From an uncultured Thermoleophilia bacterium (GTDB lineage Bacteria > Actinomycetota > Thermoleophilia > UBA2241): a stretch of DNA of 64,000 bases. Below the pieces are notes generated by a model. The model was not told the origin of the DNA. It saw only the letters and a program-made list of their open reading frames with translations, and made no database searches. Of this stretch, positions 48,002-56,745 are shown one piece after another. Each line of letters opens with the position of its first letter. The first letter of the stretch is position 1. Where the stretch lies: positions 256,001 through 320,000 of the forward strand of contig CAVPCT010000003.1 in NCBI GenBank assembly GCA_963702475.1, given 5' to 3'. The position numbers were made by a program, and so were the translations under genes.

Positions 48002-49397
48002 TCAGACCCCGGTCTGCGCCTCGACCCTGCCGTCGGCGATCGCCTGCTTGAGCGCCCTCCAGTCGGCCACGGTCTGGTCGGCGTAGGCCAGGGCGAACGC
48101 GCCCATCGCCTTGTCGAACACGGTGCCGGCGCCGAGGTAGGCGGCGATCGCGACCGGGTCGCCGGAGCGGGCGTGCGCCCGCGCGAGGCACCAGGCGCAG
48201 GCGTCCACGTAGTCGGTGAACTTCCTGGCCCCGAGCAGGCCGATCTCCGCGGACGCCTTCATGTCCTTGAGCTGCCGCCAGTAGTAGTGCTCCTTCACGT
48301 CCCTGATCGTGCTCCATCCGAGCAGGATGTCGCTGGACAGCTGCACCATGCGCTGGCCCAGCACCACGCGGGCTCCGTGGTGGCGGTAGGCGCTACGGCC
48401 GGCGTAGGGCTCGAGGACTGAGGCGTCGGCCTCCTTGAACTGCAGCACCAGGGCGTCGTTCTCGTCGCGGCCGACGAAGAGGGCCATGAAGCAGCGTGTG
48501 CCGACGCTGCCCACGCCGACGACCTTGCGTGCGACATCCACCATGCGGTAGCGGTCGAGGAGCACGCGACGCTCGGGCGCGAGACTCGTCCGGTACGCCT
48601 CGAAGCCCTTCCTGATCAGGTCCGTGACGAGGTCGGCGTCTCCCGGCTCCACGAGCTCGCGGAGGGGAGTGATGAGCGGCGGCATGCTCTTGAAACGGAG
48701 CCGGCCGTCGACCACCTCGGCGAGCTTGCCGATGACGTTGGCGCCCGTCTTGGTGCGGATCTTGCTGAGCCGCTTGTCGATGGTGGCGGCGCTCTTCTTG
48801 GTGGCCTGCTGGGCGGCGAGGTCCTCGACGTCGATGTGCGCGTACCAGACGTCGAGGTTGGCCGCCGCCGCGAACTGCGCCATGGACGTGCGGTAGACGG
48901 TTGCGGCGCGGGCGGCCGCCGCGAGCGCTTCGGCCTTGCCCATCTTGTTGTCGAGCCCCGCGACCGCGACGCTGGCTACCAGGCGCTTCGCGTCCCACTC
49001 CCACGGCGCCGGCAGGGTCTCGTCGAAGTCGTTCACGTCGAAAACGAGACGCCGGTCGGGGCTCGCGAACACGCCGAAGTTGGAGATGTGGGCGTCGCCG
49101 ATGGCCTGCACGCGCAGCCCGGTGACCGCGGCCGGCGCGATGTCGGCTGACCATGACCGCGGCGGCGCCGCGGAGGAAGGCGAACGGCGAGGCCGCCATG
49201 CGCCCGTAGCGGATCGGCAGCAGGTCCTGCTGCCGCGTCGCGCCCTGGTCCACCAGGATCCGGATGGGGTCGCGGCCGGCCGGCGGCGTGTGCTGCGCCA
49301 GCGCCTTGCGCGGTGCGGCTTCGCGCGCCGCGCGGCCCTTCGCGGTGCGCTCCTCGAGCGTCGGATGCTTCCTCGGAGTACGCTTGGGGTCGCTCAT
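48002..49397 (-). CDS. DUF2252 family protein, second copy, frameshift near 49150
   Basis: PIRYGRMAASPFAFLRG, GDAHISNFG, FDVNDFDE, RKVVGVGSVGTR. Confidence 0.9.
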
Positions 49398-49476
49398 CGC
49401 AGGAGCCCTCCTTCAGGCCGGTTCGCCGGCGCGTCTGTCATCGTGTGAGGCCGGTCGTACCCGCCCGTGACGCTCC

Positions 49477-50130
49477 TCAGCCCTTGCTGCGGGCCTTGGC
49501 GCGCTGCGCGCGGACCAGCGGGTCGATGAGGATCAGCACCGAGAGCACCAGGTAGATGACGACCGCGACGAAGGGCAGGAACAGCCCAAACAGCGTCGCG
49601 ACCGCCTGGATGATCACCGCGACGAAGCGGTCGCGGCTGAACAAGCGCAGCTCGTCGTCAGCCGCGTCGTCGGCCGCTATCCCGGGTGTCCGCGCCGCGT
49701 AGCCGAACATCACGTTCACCATGAATGACGCGAGCGTCAGGTTGATGCCGAAGACGATCACGGCGATGTGCGCGGCGCTGTCGTCAAGATGGTTGGCGAG
49801 CAGGCTCGTCGTGAACGGCAGGAACGAGACGAACAGCAGCAGGAGCAGGTTGAGGCCCATCAACGGCCCGTCCGACGCCTTGATGAACCTGCCCAGCGTG
49901 CTGTGTGCGATCCACACCCCCCCGATGAACGCGAAGCTGATGAGGTAGCCGAGGTAGCTCGCCCACTCGGCGCCCAGCTCGTGAAGCAGCCCTACGGGGT
50001 CCGTCGGGACGTGCAGTTCCAGCACGAGAAGCGTGATCGCGATGGCGAACACGCCGTCCGAGAACGCCTCGAGGCGATTGGTGGGCAGCAGCCACGTGCG
50101 CGGCGGCCGCTTGGTGGTGATCTCGCTCAT
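49477..50130 (-). CDS. TMEM175 (DUF1211) potassium channel family protein
   Basis: RLEAFSDGVFAIAITLLVLEL signature; WIAH; FLPFTT. Confidence 0.92.
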   Translation of the reverse strand: MSEITTKRPPRTWLLPTNRLEAFSDGVFAIAITLLVLELHVPTDPVGLLHELGAEWASYLGYLISFAFIGGVWIAHSTLGRFIKASDGPLMGLNLLLLLFVSFLPFTTSLLANHLDDSAAHIAVIVFGINLTLASFMVNVMFGYAARTPGIAADDAADDELRLFSRDRFVAVIIQAVATLFGLFLPFVAVVIYLVLSVLILIDPLVRAQRAKARSKG

Positions 50131-50258
50131 CGGTCACCCTCCGGTCCATGCTCTCGAGCCCGTCGGTGAGCGAATGGGTCCGTCGGGCTCCCAGTTTTTT
50201 AGGACCGAATGGTAACATAAGTGGTCCGTCCTGAACTCGCCGACGACGGGAGCGTTCA

Positions 50259-51239
50259 GTGCCCGCAGAGAGCCCGCCTGCCGACGACCTCGACTCGACG
50301 GCGCTTCCCTCGGAGGTCTCCCTCGCACCGGCGTCTGAGGGCCTCGACTCTCCCCCGTCGGGGAGGCTCAGAAGGACCTGGTCCGCGTGGCGCTCGCTTC
50401 CGGACCGCCGCGCCTTGCATCCGCTCGTCGACGTCGTCCTGCGCCTGCTCGAGCGGCGCCGGGAGATGGCCGGCTCGCTGCTCGCCGGAGCCCTGGGCTA
50501 CCGCCTGTTCCTCGTGGCCCTGCCGCTCACGCTGATCGCCGTCGGCCTTCTGGGCTTCGGCGAGACCACGTCGACGGCCGACGCCGAGGTCGTGACCAGG
50601 CGGCTGGGCTTGAACGGTCTCTTGGCAAGCGCCGTGCAGACGACCGGACGGCAGGCCGAGCAGCTGCGCTGGGTGACTCTACTCGGCGGCGTCGTCCTGC
50701 TGCTGTGGGCCACACACGCGCTCTTGCGGGCGCTGCGCACCGTGCACGCGTTCGCGTGGTCGCTGCCGATCCACCCGCTCCGCCGTCAGGCCCTGGCCGT
50801 GGCGCTGGCCGCGGGGGTGCTGATCGTCTCCACGGCCGCCTCCGGCGGCGTCAACGACGCCACCACGGCGTGGCCGTACTGGGCCGTCCTGGCCAACGCC
50901 GCCGTGCTTGTGGGCTACGGTGTCGTCTGGCTCTGGCTCTCGCTTTATCTGCCCAGCCGGGCGGAGCACTGGACGCAGCTGCTTCCCGGCGCCGTGCTCT
51001 TCGCCCTCGGCGTCAAGGCCATCCAGCTGTTCACCGTGTACTACGTGGCGCCGTTCCTTGACGAGCGCGCGGAGGTCTACGGCGTGCTTGGCTACGCCTC
51101 CATGGCGCTGCTCGTGCTGTACGCGTTCGGCGAGCTCGCAGTACTGGCAGCGCTGCTCAACGCCGCCGTGTTGGACCACCGGCTGGCGGCGCGGGCGGCG
51201 GCAAGCGAGGCTCGGGTGAGGGCCCCCGGAGAGACCTGA
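50259..51239 (+). CDS. YihY/BrkB family membrane protein
   Basis: LAGALGYRLFLVALP, LLPGA, YGVLG; multiple TM helices. Confidence 0.75.
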   Translation: MPAESPPADDLDSTALPSEVSLAPASEGLDSPPSGRLRRTWSAWRSLPDRRALHPLVDVVLRLLERRREMAGSLLAGALGYRLFLVALPLTLIAVGLLGFGETTSTADAEVVTRRLGLNGLLASAVQTTGRQAEQLRWVTLLGGVVLLLWATHALLRALRTVHAFAWSLPIHPLRRQALAVALAAGVLIVSTAASGGVNDATTAWPYWAVLANAAVLVGYGVVWLWLSLYLPSRAEHWTQLLPGAVLFALGVKAIQLFTVYYVAPFLDERAEVYGVLGYASMALLVLYAFGELAVLAALLNAAVLDHRLAARAAASEARVRAPGET

Positions 51240-51245
51240 CGGGGC

Positions 51246-51845
51246 TCAGCTCCCGGAGCCACGCAGGTGACAGATGAAGCGGCACGTGTCGGCGCCGAAC
51301 GCCTCGTGGCTGGCCGGCAGGACCGGCTCGCTCCCCACGCGGTGGCAGTGCAGGCAGGTCGCGAAGGCGCCGCTCACGGGATGGTCGATGTCCGGCGCAG
51401 GAAGTGCCGAGACGCCGGCCGGGGCGGGCTGCACGTCGGCCCTCCTCGCGTCTTCCGCGTGACAGAACGCGCACTCCTTCTCGGGCATGGTCAGGTGGTC
51501 CTCGGGCATGCCGAGCTCCAGCGCCGGGTCGCCGTGGCAGAGCACGCAGCGCTCGTCGCCCATCGCGACCGAGTGCGGCACGCGGACCGCTACGCGCACC
51601 GCGTGACAGGCGGTGCAGCCGGCGTCGCCGAAGTCGCGGTGCGTCACAGGCGCCGTGCCGGTGGCGCTCGAGTGGCAGCGCCCGCAGTCGGCGTTCGCGC
51701 TCGCGACGGGGTGGGGCACGGCGGGCGGCGGATCGGCGTCGGCATCGGGCGCCCGCGCCACGACCGCCCAGGCGAACGCAAGGCACGCCACCACGAACAG
51801 CAGCGCCACCAGTCCGACCACCGAGGTCACGATCCTGTGCGTCAC
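51246..51845 (-). CDS. Membrane-anchored multiheme c-type cytochrome
   Basis: N-terminal TM; CGRCH, CTACH, CVLCH, CAFCH, CLHCH plus terminal CRFICH. Confidence 0.88.
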   Translation of the reverse strand: MTHRIVTSVVGLVALLFVVACLAFAWAVVARAPDADADPPPAVPHPVASANADCGRCHSSATGTAPVTHRDFGDAGCTACHAVRVAVRVPHSVAMGDERCVLCHGDPALELGMPEDHLTMPEKECAFCHAEDARRADVQPAPAGVSALPAPDIDHPVSGAFATCLHCHRVGSEPVLPASHEAFGADTCRFICHLRGSGS

Positions 51846-51854
51846 CGCGTCACC

Positions 51855-53195
51855 TCACACCATGCCGAAGCGCTCGGTGTGGATGCGGTCGTGCGGCACG
51901 CCGATGGCCGGCAGCGCCTTCTCCATGGCGTCCATCAGGGGGTTGGGGCCGCAGATGAAGTACTGGAATCGGGGGAGCAGCTTCTCGGGCAGGTGGCGGC
52001 GCAGGATCTCCTCATCCACGTAGCCGCACTCGCCGGTCCAGCCCTCGCCGGGTCGGGAGAGCACGCGGACCACGGTGAGGTTGTCCCAGCGTCGGTCGAG
52101 TTCGGTGAGCTCGTCGTCGAAGGTGAGGTCCTGCTCGTCCCGGGCGCCGTAGAAGAGCACGATGGGGCGCACGTCGCCGCGTTCCTCCATGGCGAGGACC
52201 ATGGAGCGGAGCGGCGTGATGCCGACGCCGCCGCCGATGAGGCCGTAGCCGGCGCCCTCCTCGCGGTCGATGGTGAACACGCCGTGCGGCCCATCGACCC
52301 AGGCCCGGGCGCCGGCCCGCACTGCCGGCACCACCTGTCCCGACCAGTCTCCGAGGTCCTTGATGGTGAACGACACCCAGCCCGCCGGCAGCCCGCCGCC
52401 TCCGGCGGAGGAGATCGAGATCGGGTGCTGCGACAGGGCGAAGGGGGTGCGCCCGAACCCTACCCAGCCGAACTGCCCGGGTTCGGGCGTGAAGCCGTCG
52501 TGCCCCACTGGGCGCAGCACGACGGTGCGCGCGTCGCCGCGCTCCACCCGGTTCTCCACGACCTCCCACGGACGGCGGCACAGGCGTACCGGGCGCGCGA
52601 GGCGATACTTGACGAAGAGCCCGATGAAGACCACGAGGTAGACGGCCCACAGCACGCGCATGGTGAGGATGTCGGAGAAGCGCCCGACAGCAAGGATGTG
52701 CGTCACCGCGGTGACGACGAGCACGATGGCGAGGACGGCGTGCGTCACCTGCCACACCTCGTACCGGGTCCTCATGCGCTTGCGCAGCACGGAGAGGCCC
52801 ACCACGAGGAGCACCGCGACGAAGGCCAGCAAGCCCAGCCACACAGGCCACGGCACGCCGCTCCACGGCCACAGGATGGTCGCGGGATACACCGCCGACA
52901 GCACGAGGATCACAGGGTGCGCCGCGACGAAGAGCAGCGCCACGATGCCGATCTGGCGGTGGAACTGCAGCAGGGCGTCCTCACCGAAGGCGGAGGACGG
53001 CCCCTCGGAGCGCGTGACCAGGGCCAGCTCGATGGCCATCAGCGCCAGGCCGATGTAGCCGAGGGCGTCGGCCAGGCCGACGAGGAAGCTGGGTGCCGCG
53101 GCGGGGTCGACGAAGACCGCCCCCACGCCCAAGGGGAGCACGATGAGAAAGGCATAGAGGCCGAACCAGAACGTGCCGCTGACCACGAGACGCAT
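51855..53195 (-). CDS. Ferric-reductase-like TM domain plus FAD/NAD-binding oxidoreductase
   Basis: TM His pairs (FHRQ..AHP; THA..TH), PGQF, HPISISS, DGPHG, GGGVGITP, ICGP, HTERF. Confidence 0.92.
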   Translation of the reverse strand: MRLVVSGTFWFGLYAFLIVLPLGVGAVFVDPAAAPSFLVGLADALGYIGLALMAIELALVTRSEGPSSAFGEDALLQFHRQIGIVALLFVAAHPVILVLSAVYPATILWPWSGVPWPVWLGLLAFVAVLLVVGLSVLRKRMRTRYEVWQVTHAVLAIVLVVTAVTHILAVGRFSDILTMRVLWAVYLVVFIGLFVKYRLARPVRLCRRPWEVVENRVERGDARTVVLRPVGHDGFTPEPGQFGWVGFGRTPFALSQHPISISSAGGGGLPAGWVSFTIKDLGDWSGQVVPAVRAGARAWVDGPHGVFTIDREEGAGYGLIGGGVGITPLRSMVLAMEERGDVRPIVLFYGARDEQDLTFDDELTELDRRWDNLTVVRVLSRPGEGWTGECGYVDEEILRRHLPEKLLPRFQYFICGPNPLMDAMEKALPAIGVPHDRIHTERFGMV

Positions 53196-53273
53196 CTGTA
53201 CCTCCGCCGGTGATCCGATCTAGCGAGACCGGACGGTATCATAAACGACGGCGACCCCGAGGAGGCGGACGAC

Positions 53274-53921
53274 GTGAGCGATCGGCAGGCAGCGGCCCAG
53301 CCCGAGGCCGGGAAGGTGCGGCGGCGCGGGCGGCCTCGTCTCGACGATGAGATGGTGCCGCGCATCCTCGACGCGGCCGAGCGGCTCTTCGCGGCGCGGC
53401 CGCGTCTGAACGTCAGCATTCGGGACATCGCCGCCGAGGCCGGCCTGCCGCACTCCGCGATCTACCGCTACTTCGAGAACAAGGAAGACGTGCTGCGGCA
53501 GGTGCTCATGCGCGGCAGGCAGCGGCAGCTCGAGCGAGACGCGGCGTCGCGCGAGGCAGGCCAGACACTGCACGGCGCGGTCGACTGGCTCATGACGGCC
53601 AACCGCGCCTACGCGCTGGCGATAGCGCGCGCCGCCCTGGAGGGCGAGACTCCGTCGTCGCTCGGCCTTGACCCTCAGGAGACGACGACTCGCGCTGCCG
53701 TGCGTCTCCTCGAAGACGCCGCGTATCCGTTCGTGCTGCGCACCGACCACGACCCGCTGCTGGTGGCCGCGGTGGTGACGGCGCTCAGCCTCGGGTGGGC
53801 CGTGGCGGAGGAGTGGATCGTGGAGGCGACGGGGCTCGAGGAGCGCGACCTGGCCGAGGTCCGTGAGCAGCTCGGCCAGGTCATGGGCAGCATCATGGCG
53901 CTCGCCGGCGGCAGACAGTGA
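53274..53921 (+). CDS. TetR family regulator
   Basis: RILDAAERLF...SIRDIAAEAGL..SAIYRYFENKE. Confidence 0.9.
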   Translation: MSDRQAAAQPEAGKVRRRGRPRLDDEMVPRILDAAERLFAARPRLNVSIRDIAAEAGLPHSAIYRYFENKEDVLRQVLMRGRQRQLERDAASREAGQTLHGAVDWLMTANRAYALAIARAALEGETPSSLGLDPQETTTRAAVRLLEDAAYPFVLRTDHDPLLVAAVVTALSLGWAVAEEWIVEATGLEERDLAEVREQLGQVMGSIMALAGGRQ

Positions 53922-53958
53922 CGGGCGAATGCCCATGCGGTGGCTGGGCGCGTGCGAC

Positions 53959-55155
53959 TCAGGGCGTGGCGGCCTGCGAGGCCTCCTGCCCATGCCCTTC
54001 CGGACCGTCGTCGCCTTGCTGGCGGGCAAGCGCCAGCCGGGCGCGGTGCACCGTGTGGTAGCGGTCGAACAGGACGGTGACCACGGTGAAGAGGAAGGTG
54101 AAGAAGAGCGCGTCCTGCCAGGTCGTGCCCAAACCCAGGTCGAGCAGTCGCAGCGCGGACGCCAGGACCAACGCGATCACAAGGTTCACCACGTACATGA
54201 CCGCGCCCTCGAGCAGTACCGAGTTCCACGACCGCCCGCGGCGCGCCATCACCTGGCTGACGAACGCGTTGACGGCGATGAACACCGCCACGTAGGCGAA
54301 CACCTGAAGGCTCTTGCCCGCCCTGTCCGGCAGCAGGTACTGCGCGAAGATCACGCTGATGAGGCCCGTGAGGACGATCTTCTCGAGCAGAGCCCTGTCG
54401 AAGAACTTCTCGGTGGCCGCCACGGTGCGGTAGAGCTCGCCACCGCGGCACTCGGGCGGCAGCGGATCGGCGGTCCAGCGCGGGCCGTGGTCGAACTTCG
54501 GCGCCTTGCGGGTGATGATCCAATAGACCAGGTAGCCGAGGGCGGCGCAGCCGACGATGATCGCCACCAGCACCCAGGGGCGGTTGGAGAGGGCCTCGCC
54601 CCAGCTGGCGTCCGCGCTCACCCCGAAGATCGTCTCCTTGATGAAGTCGGTCATGTCCAGCTGGGCGATGTGGATCCACCACTCCTGCGGCAGCTTGATG
54701 AAGATCCAGATGCCGGCCGCGGACAGGATCACCGTCCACTTGCCCATGCGCTTCCAGTCCCAGCCCAGGCGCACCGCCTCGACGAAGTCGTAGAAGTACT
54801 CGAACGTGTTCGGGAAGATGAAGAGGATGGCGCGCACCTGCGTGAGCTCGAAGGCGACGACTCCGACCAGCCGGTAGTAGTAGAGGAAGAAGCTCATCTT
54901 GAAGGCGTAGGCGTTGGTCCAGTTGCGCATCGTCGCCATGTAGATGATGGCCAGGTAGTAGATGTCGAGGGACTTGTCGTAGGACTGGTAGCCCTCGAGC
55001 GGGATGGCCGGGAACTGCTGGAAGATGCTCTGGTCGATCGAGTCCAGGATCATGCAGGCGATCGAGCCGATGAGGGGGAGCCTGGGGATCGAGAACGGCA
55101 GCACGATGCGTGCGCCGACCACGAGGACGACCACGATCCACTCTGTTGCTCCCAT
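53959..55155 (-). CDS. Multi-pass membrane protein of unknown function
   Basis: Hydrophobic helices; LDSIDQ, YQSYDKSLDIYYL, FPNTFEYF, KLPQEWWIH. Confidence 0.75.
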   Translation of the reverse strand: MGATEWIVVVLVVGARIVLPFSIPRLPLIGSIACMILDSIDQSIFQQFPAIPLEGYQSYDKSLDIYYLAIIYMATMRNWTNAYAFKMSFFLYYYRLVGVVAFELTQVRAILFIFPNTFEYFYDFVEAVRLGWDWKRMGKWTVILSAAGIWIFIKLPQEWWIHIAQLDMTDFIKETIFGVSADASWGEALSNRPWVLVAIIVGCAALGYLVYWIITRKAPKFDHGPRWTADPLPPECRGGELYRTVAATEKFFDRALLEKIVLTGLISVIFAQYLLPDRAGKSLQVFAYVAVFIAVNAFVSQVMARRGRSWNSVLLEGAVMYVVNLVIALVLASALRLLDLGLGTTWQDALFFTFLFTVVTVLFDRYHTVHRARLALARQQGDDGPEGHGQEASQAATP

Positions 55156-55179
55156 CCCAGGCCTCCCCCTCGTCGTGCG

Positions 55180-55683
55180 TCAGTCGTCGTCGATCGTCCG
55201 CCCGATCTCCCTGCCGGCCGCCACGAGGTCTTCCGGGTGCAGCCAGCGGTCGACCAGGGCGATGCCGTCGTTGCCGCGGATGGCGTTGCGCAACGGGATC
55301 GCCCAGCGGTGCTCGAGGAGCACGATGGCGGCGGCCATGCCGTCCGGGATGGCGTCGGCGAGGCACCAGGCGTCACTCTCGCTGAAGACCGAGCCGTCTT
55401 CCACCATGGCTTCGGCGCCCATCGCAGCGCCCACTGCGGCGCCCTCCTCACCGGCCGCGCCGAGGCCGAGCAGCGCGCCGGCCAGGGCGCCCAGCTCGGC
55501 GACCTCCTCGAGGTCCGCGATCTCGAGCTTCTCAACGGTGCCGTCGTCGAGCTTGCGCACGAAGAGCAGGTCGATGAGGCGTACGATGTCGGCCTCCTGC
55601 AGGCGCCGCAGCTCCTCGAGGGCGGCGCCCTTGAACTGGGCGTCCTCGCCGAAGCCGACGACCAGGATCTGTACCGGACCCAT
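55180..55683 (-). CDS. DUF6325/DUF1269-like protein
   Basis: MGPVQILVVGF...IVRLIDLLFVRK...AAIVLLEHRWA; RBS AAAGGA. Confidence 0.75.
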   Translation of the reverse strand: MGPVQILVVGFGEDAQFKGAALEELRRLQEADIVRLIDLLFVRKLDDGTVEKLEIADLEEVAELGALAGALLGLGAAGEEGAAVGAAMGAEAMVEDGSVFSESDAWCLADAIPDGMAAAIVLLEHRWAIPLRNAIRGNDGIALVDRWLHPEDLVAAGREIGRTIDDD

Positions 55684-55724
55684 ATCCGTTCCTTTCAGTC
55701 TCTGTTCGCGGGGCAGGTCCGGCC

Positions 55725-56030
55725 TCAGCCGCCCGCCAGCACCTTGGCCTTGGCGGCGTCGAACTCCTGCTGATCGAGCACGCCGGAGTCGAGCAGGCCC
55801 TTGAGCTGCGTGAGCTGCTCCGTGATGCCGCCGCCGGCCGCCGGGGCCGCAGGGGCCGGCTCCGCGTACTGCTGCTGCGGCGCCTGCTGCGCCTGCTGCG
55901 CCTGCAGGTCGGCGATCTGCTGGTTCTGGTCCTCCTCCTGCTGCTGTGCCTGGCTGCGCTTCTTGCCCATGTGGTAGGCGGCGCCGCCGACTACGGCGGC
56001 CGCCATCAGGGGGCGTCTTCTCATCATCAT
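55725..56030 (-). CDS. SHOCT domain protein
   Basis: EQLTQLKGLLDSGVLDQQEFDAAKAKVL; Gln-rich linker. Confidence 0.88.
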   Translation of the reverse strand: MMMRRRPLMAAAVVGGAAYHMGKKRSQAQQQEEDQNQQIADLQAQQAQQAPQQQYAEPAPAAPAAGGGITEQLTQLKGLLDSGVLDQQEFDAAKAKVLAGG

Positions 56031-56127
56031 CGGGGGCCCTCCTTGTGGGGCGTGTCGCGGCCGCTGGCCGCATGTCCGTCAACGCTACTCCACCGGCCCT
56101 CGTTTGCGGAGCCGCGGGCCAGTGTTT

Positions 56128-56517
56128 TCATGCCGTCTCTCTGAACCCCGCGCCGGCGCGCATGATGGCCGGCAGCAGGTCGGTCGCGATGGCGCGCTTC
56201 AGCACGACGGCGTCCGCGCCGGCCACGAGCGCCGCCTGTCTCACGGTGTCCTCGTCGTGCACGCTGAGGGCGACGACCTTGAGCTCCGGGCAGCGCTCGC
56301 GCAGGGCCCGGAGCCAGCCCAGGCCGCTGTCGCGGGCCAGTGAGAGATCGACGACGGCCACATCCGGGTCCAGGCGCACGGCGCCCTCGAGCAGCGAGGC
56401 CTCGTCGGCGACCATGACCACGGTCCCGAAGGCCGTCTCGAGGAGTCCGCGCACCCCCTCGCTGAGGCCGTGGTGGCGGTCGGCCAGCAGTACGCAACTC
56501 AGCGACCTCTCCGGCAT
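56128..56517 (-). CDS. Single-domain response regulator receiver
   Basis: VLLAD, PDVAVVDLS, VVALSVH, GADAVVLK. Confidence 0.85.
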   Translation of the reverse strand: MPERSLSCVLLADRHHGLSEGVRGLLETAFGTVVMVADEASLLEGAVRLDPDVAVVDLSLARDSGLGWLRALRERCPELKVVALSVHDEDTVRQAALVAGADAVVLKRAIATDLLPAIMRAGAGFRETA

Positions 56518-56583
56518 GCCGTCCACGTCTCCTTCCACGCCTCGGTCCCCGGCGGGTCGCACGACGCACCGGGAGTGGACCCG

Positions 56584-56652
56584 ACACTAGACGCGACCGG
56601 CTCACTTGTGACCTCGGGAATGTACGGGGCCGAGGGCTCGGGGAACTACGAG
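56584..56652 (-). promoter_or_regulatory. Conserved 17-bp box plus -10, second box upstream
   Basis: Minus strand CCCCGTACATTCCCGAG (56629-56613), 23 nt, TAGTGT (56589-56584); related CTCGTAGTTCCCC at 56652-56640. Confidence 0.6.
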
Positions 56653-56745
56653 TGGTCGGGGGTCGAGGCAGGCGACCGGCGAAGGTCCGGGGGGTGCGAA
56701 CGCCGCCGGGCTGCCTCCTCAGGGCTCTTGGTGTAGCTTGGGTGG

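Noticed and set aside
31523-49397. Programmed frameshifting in padR, flavodoxin, B12-rSAM, pfkB, tetR and DUF2252
   Set aside because: No slippery sequences noticed; scattered single indels are better explained by sequencing error.
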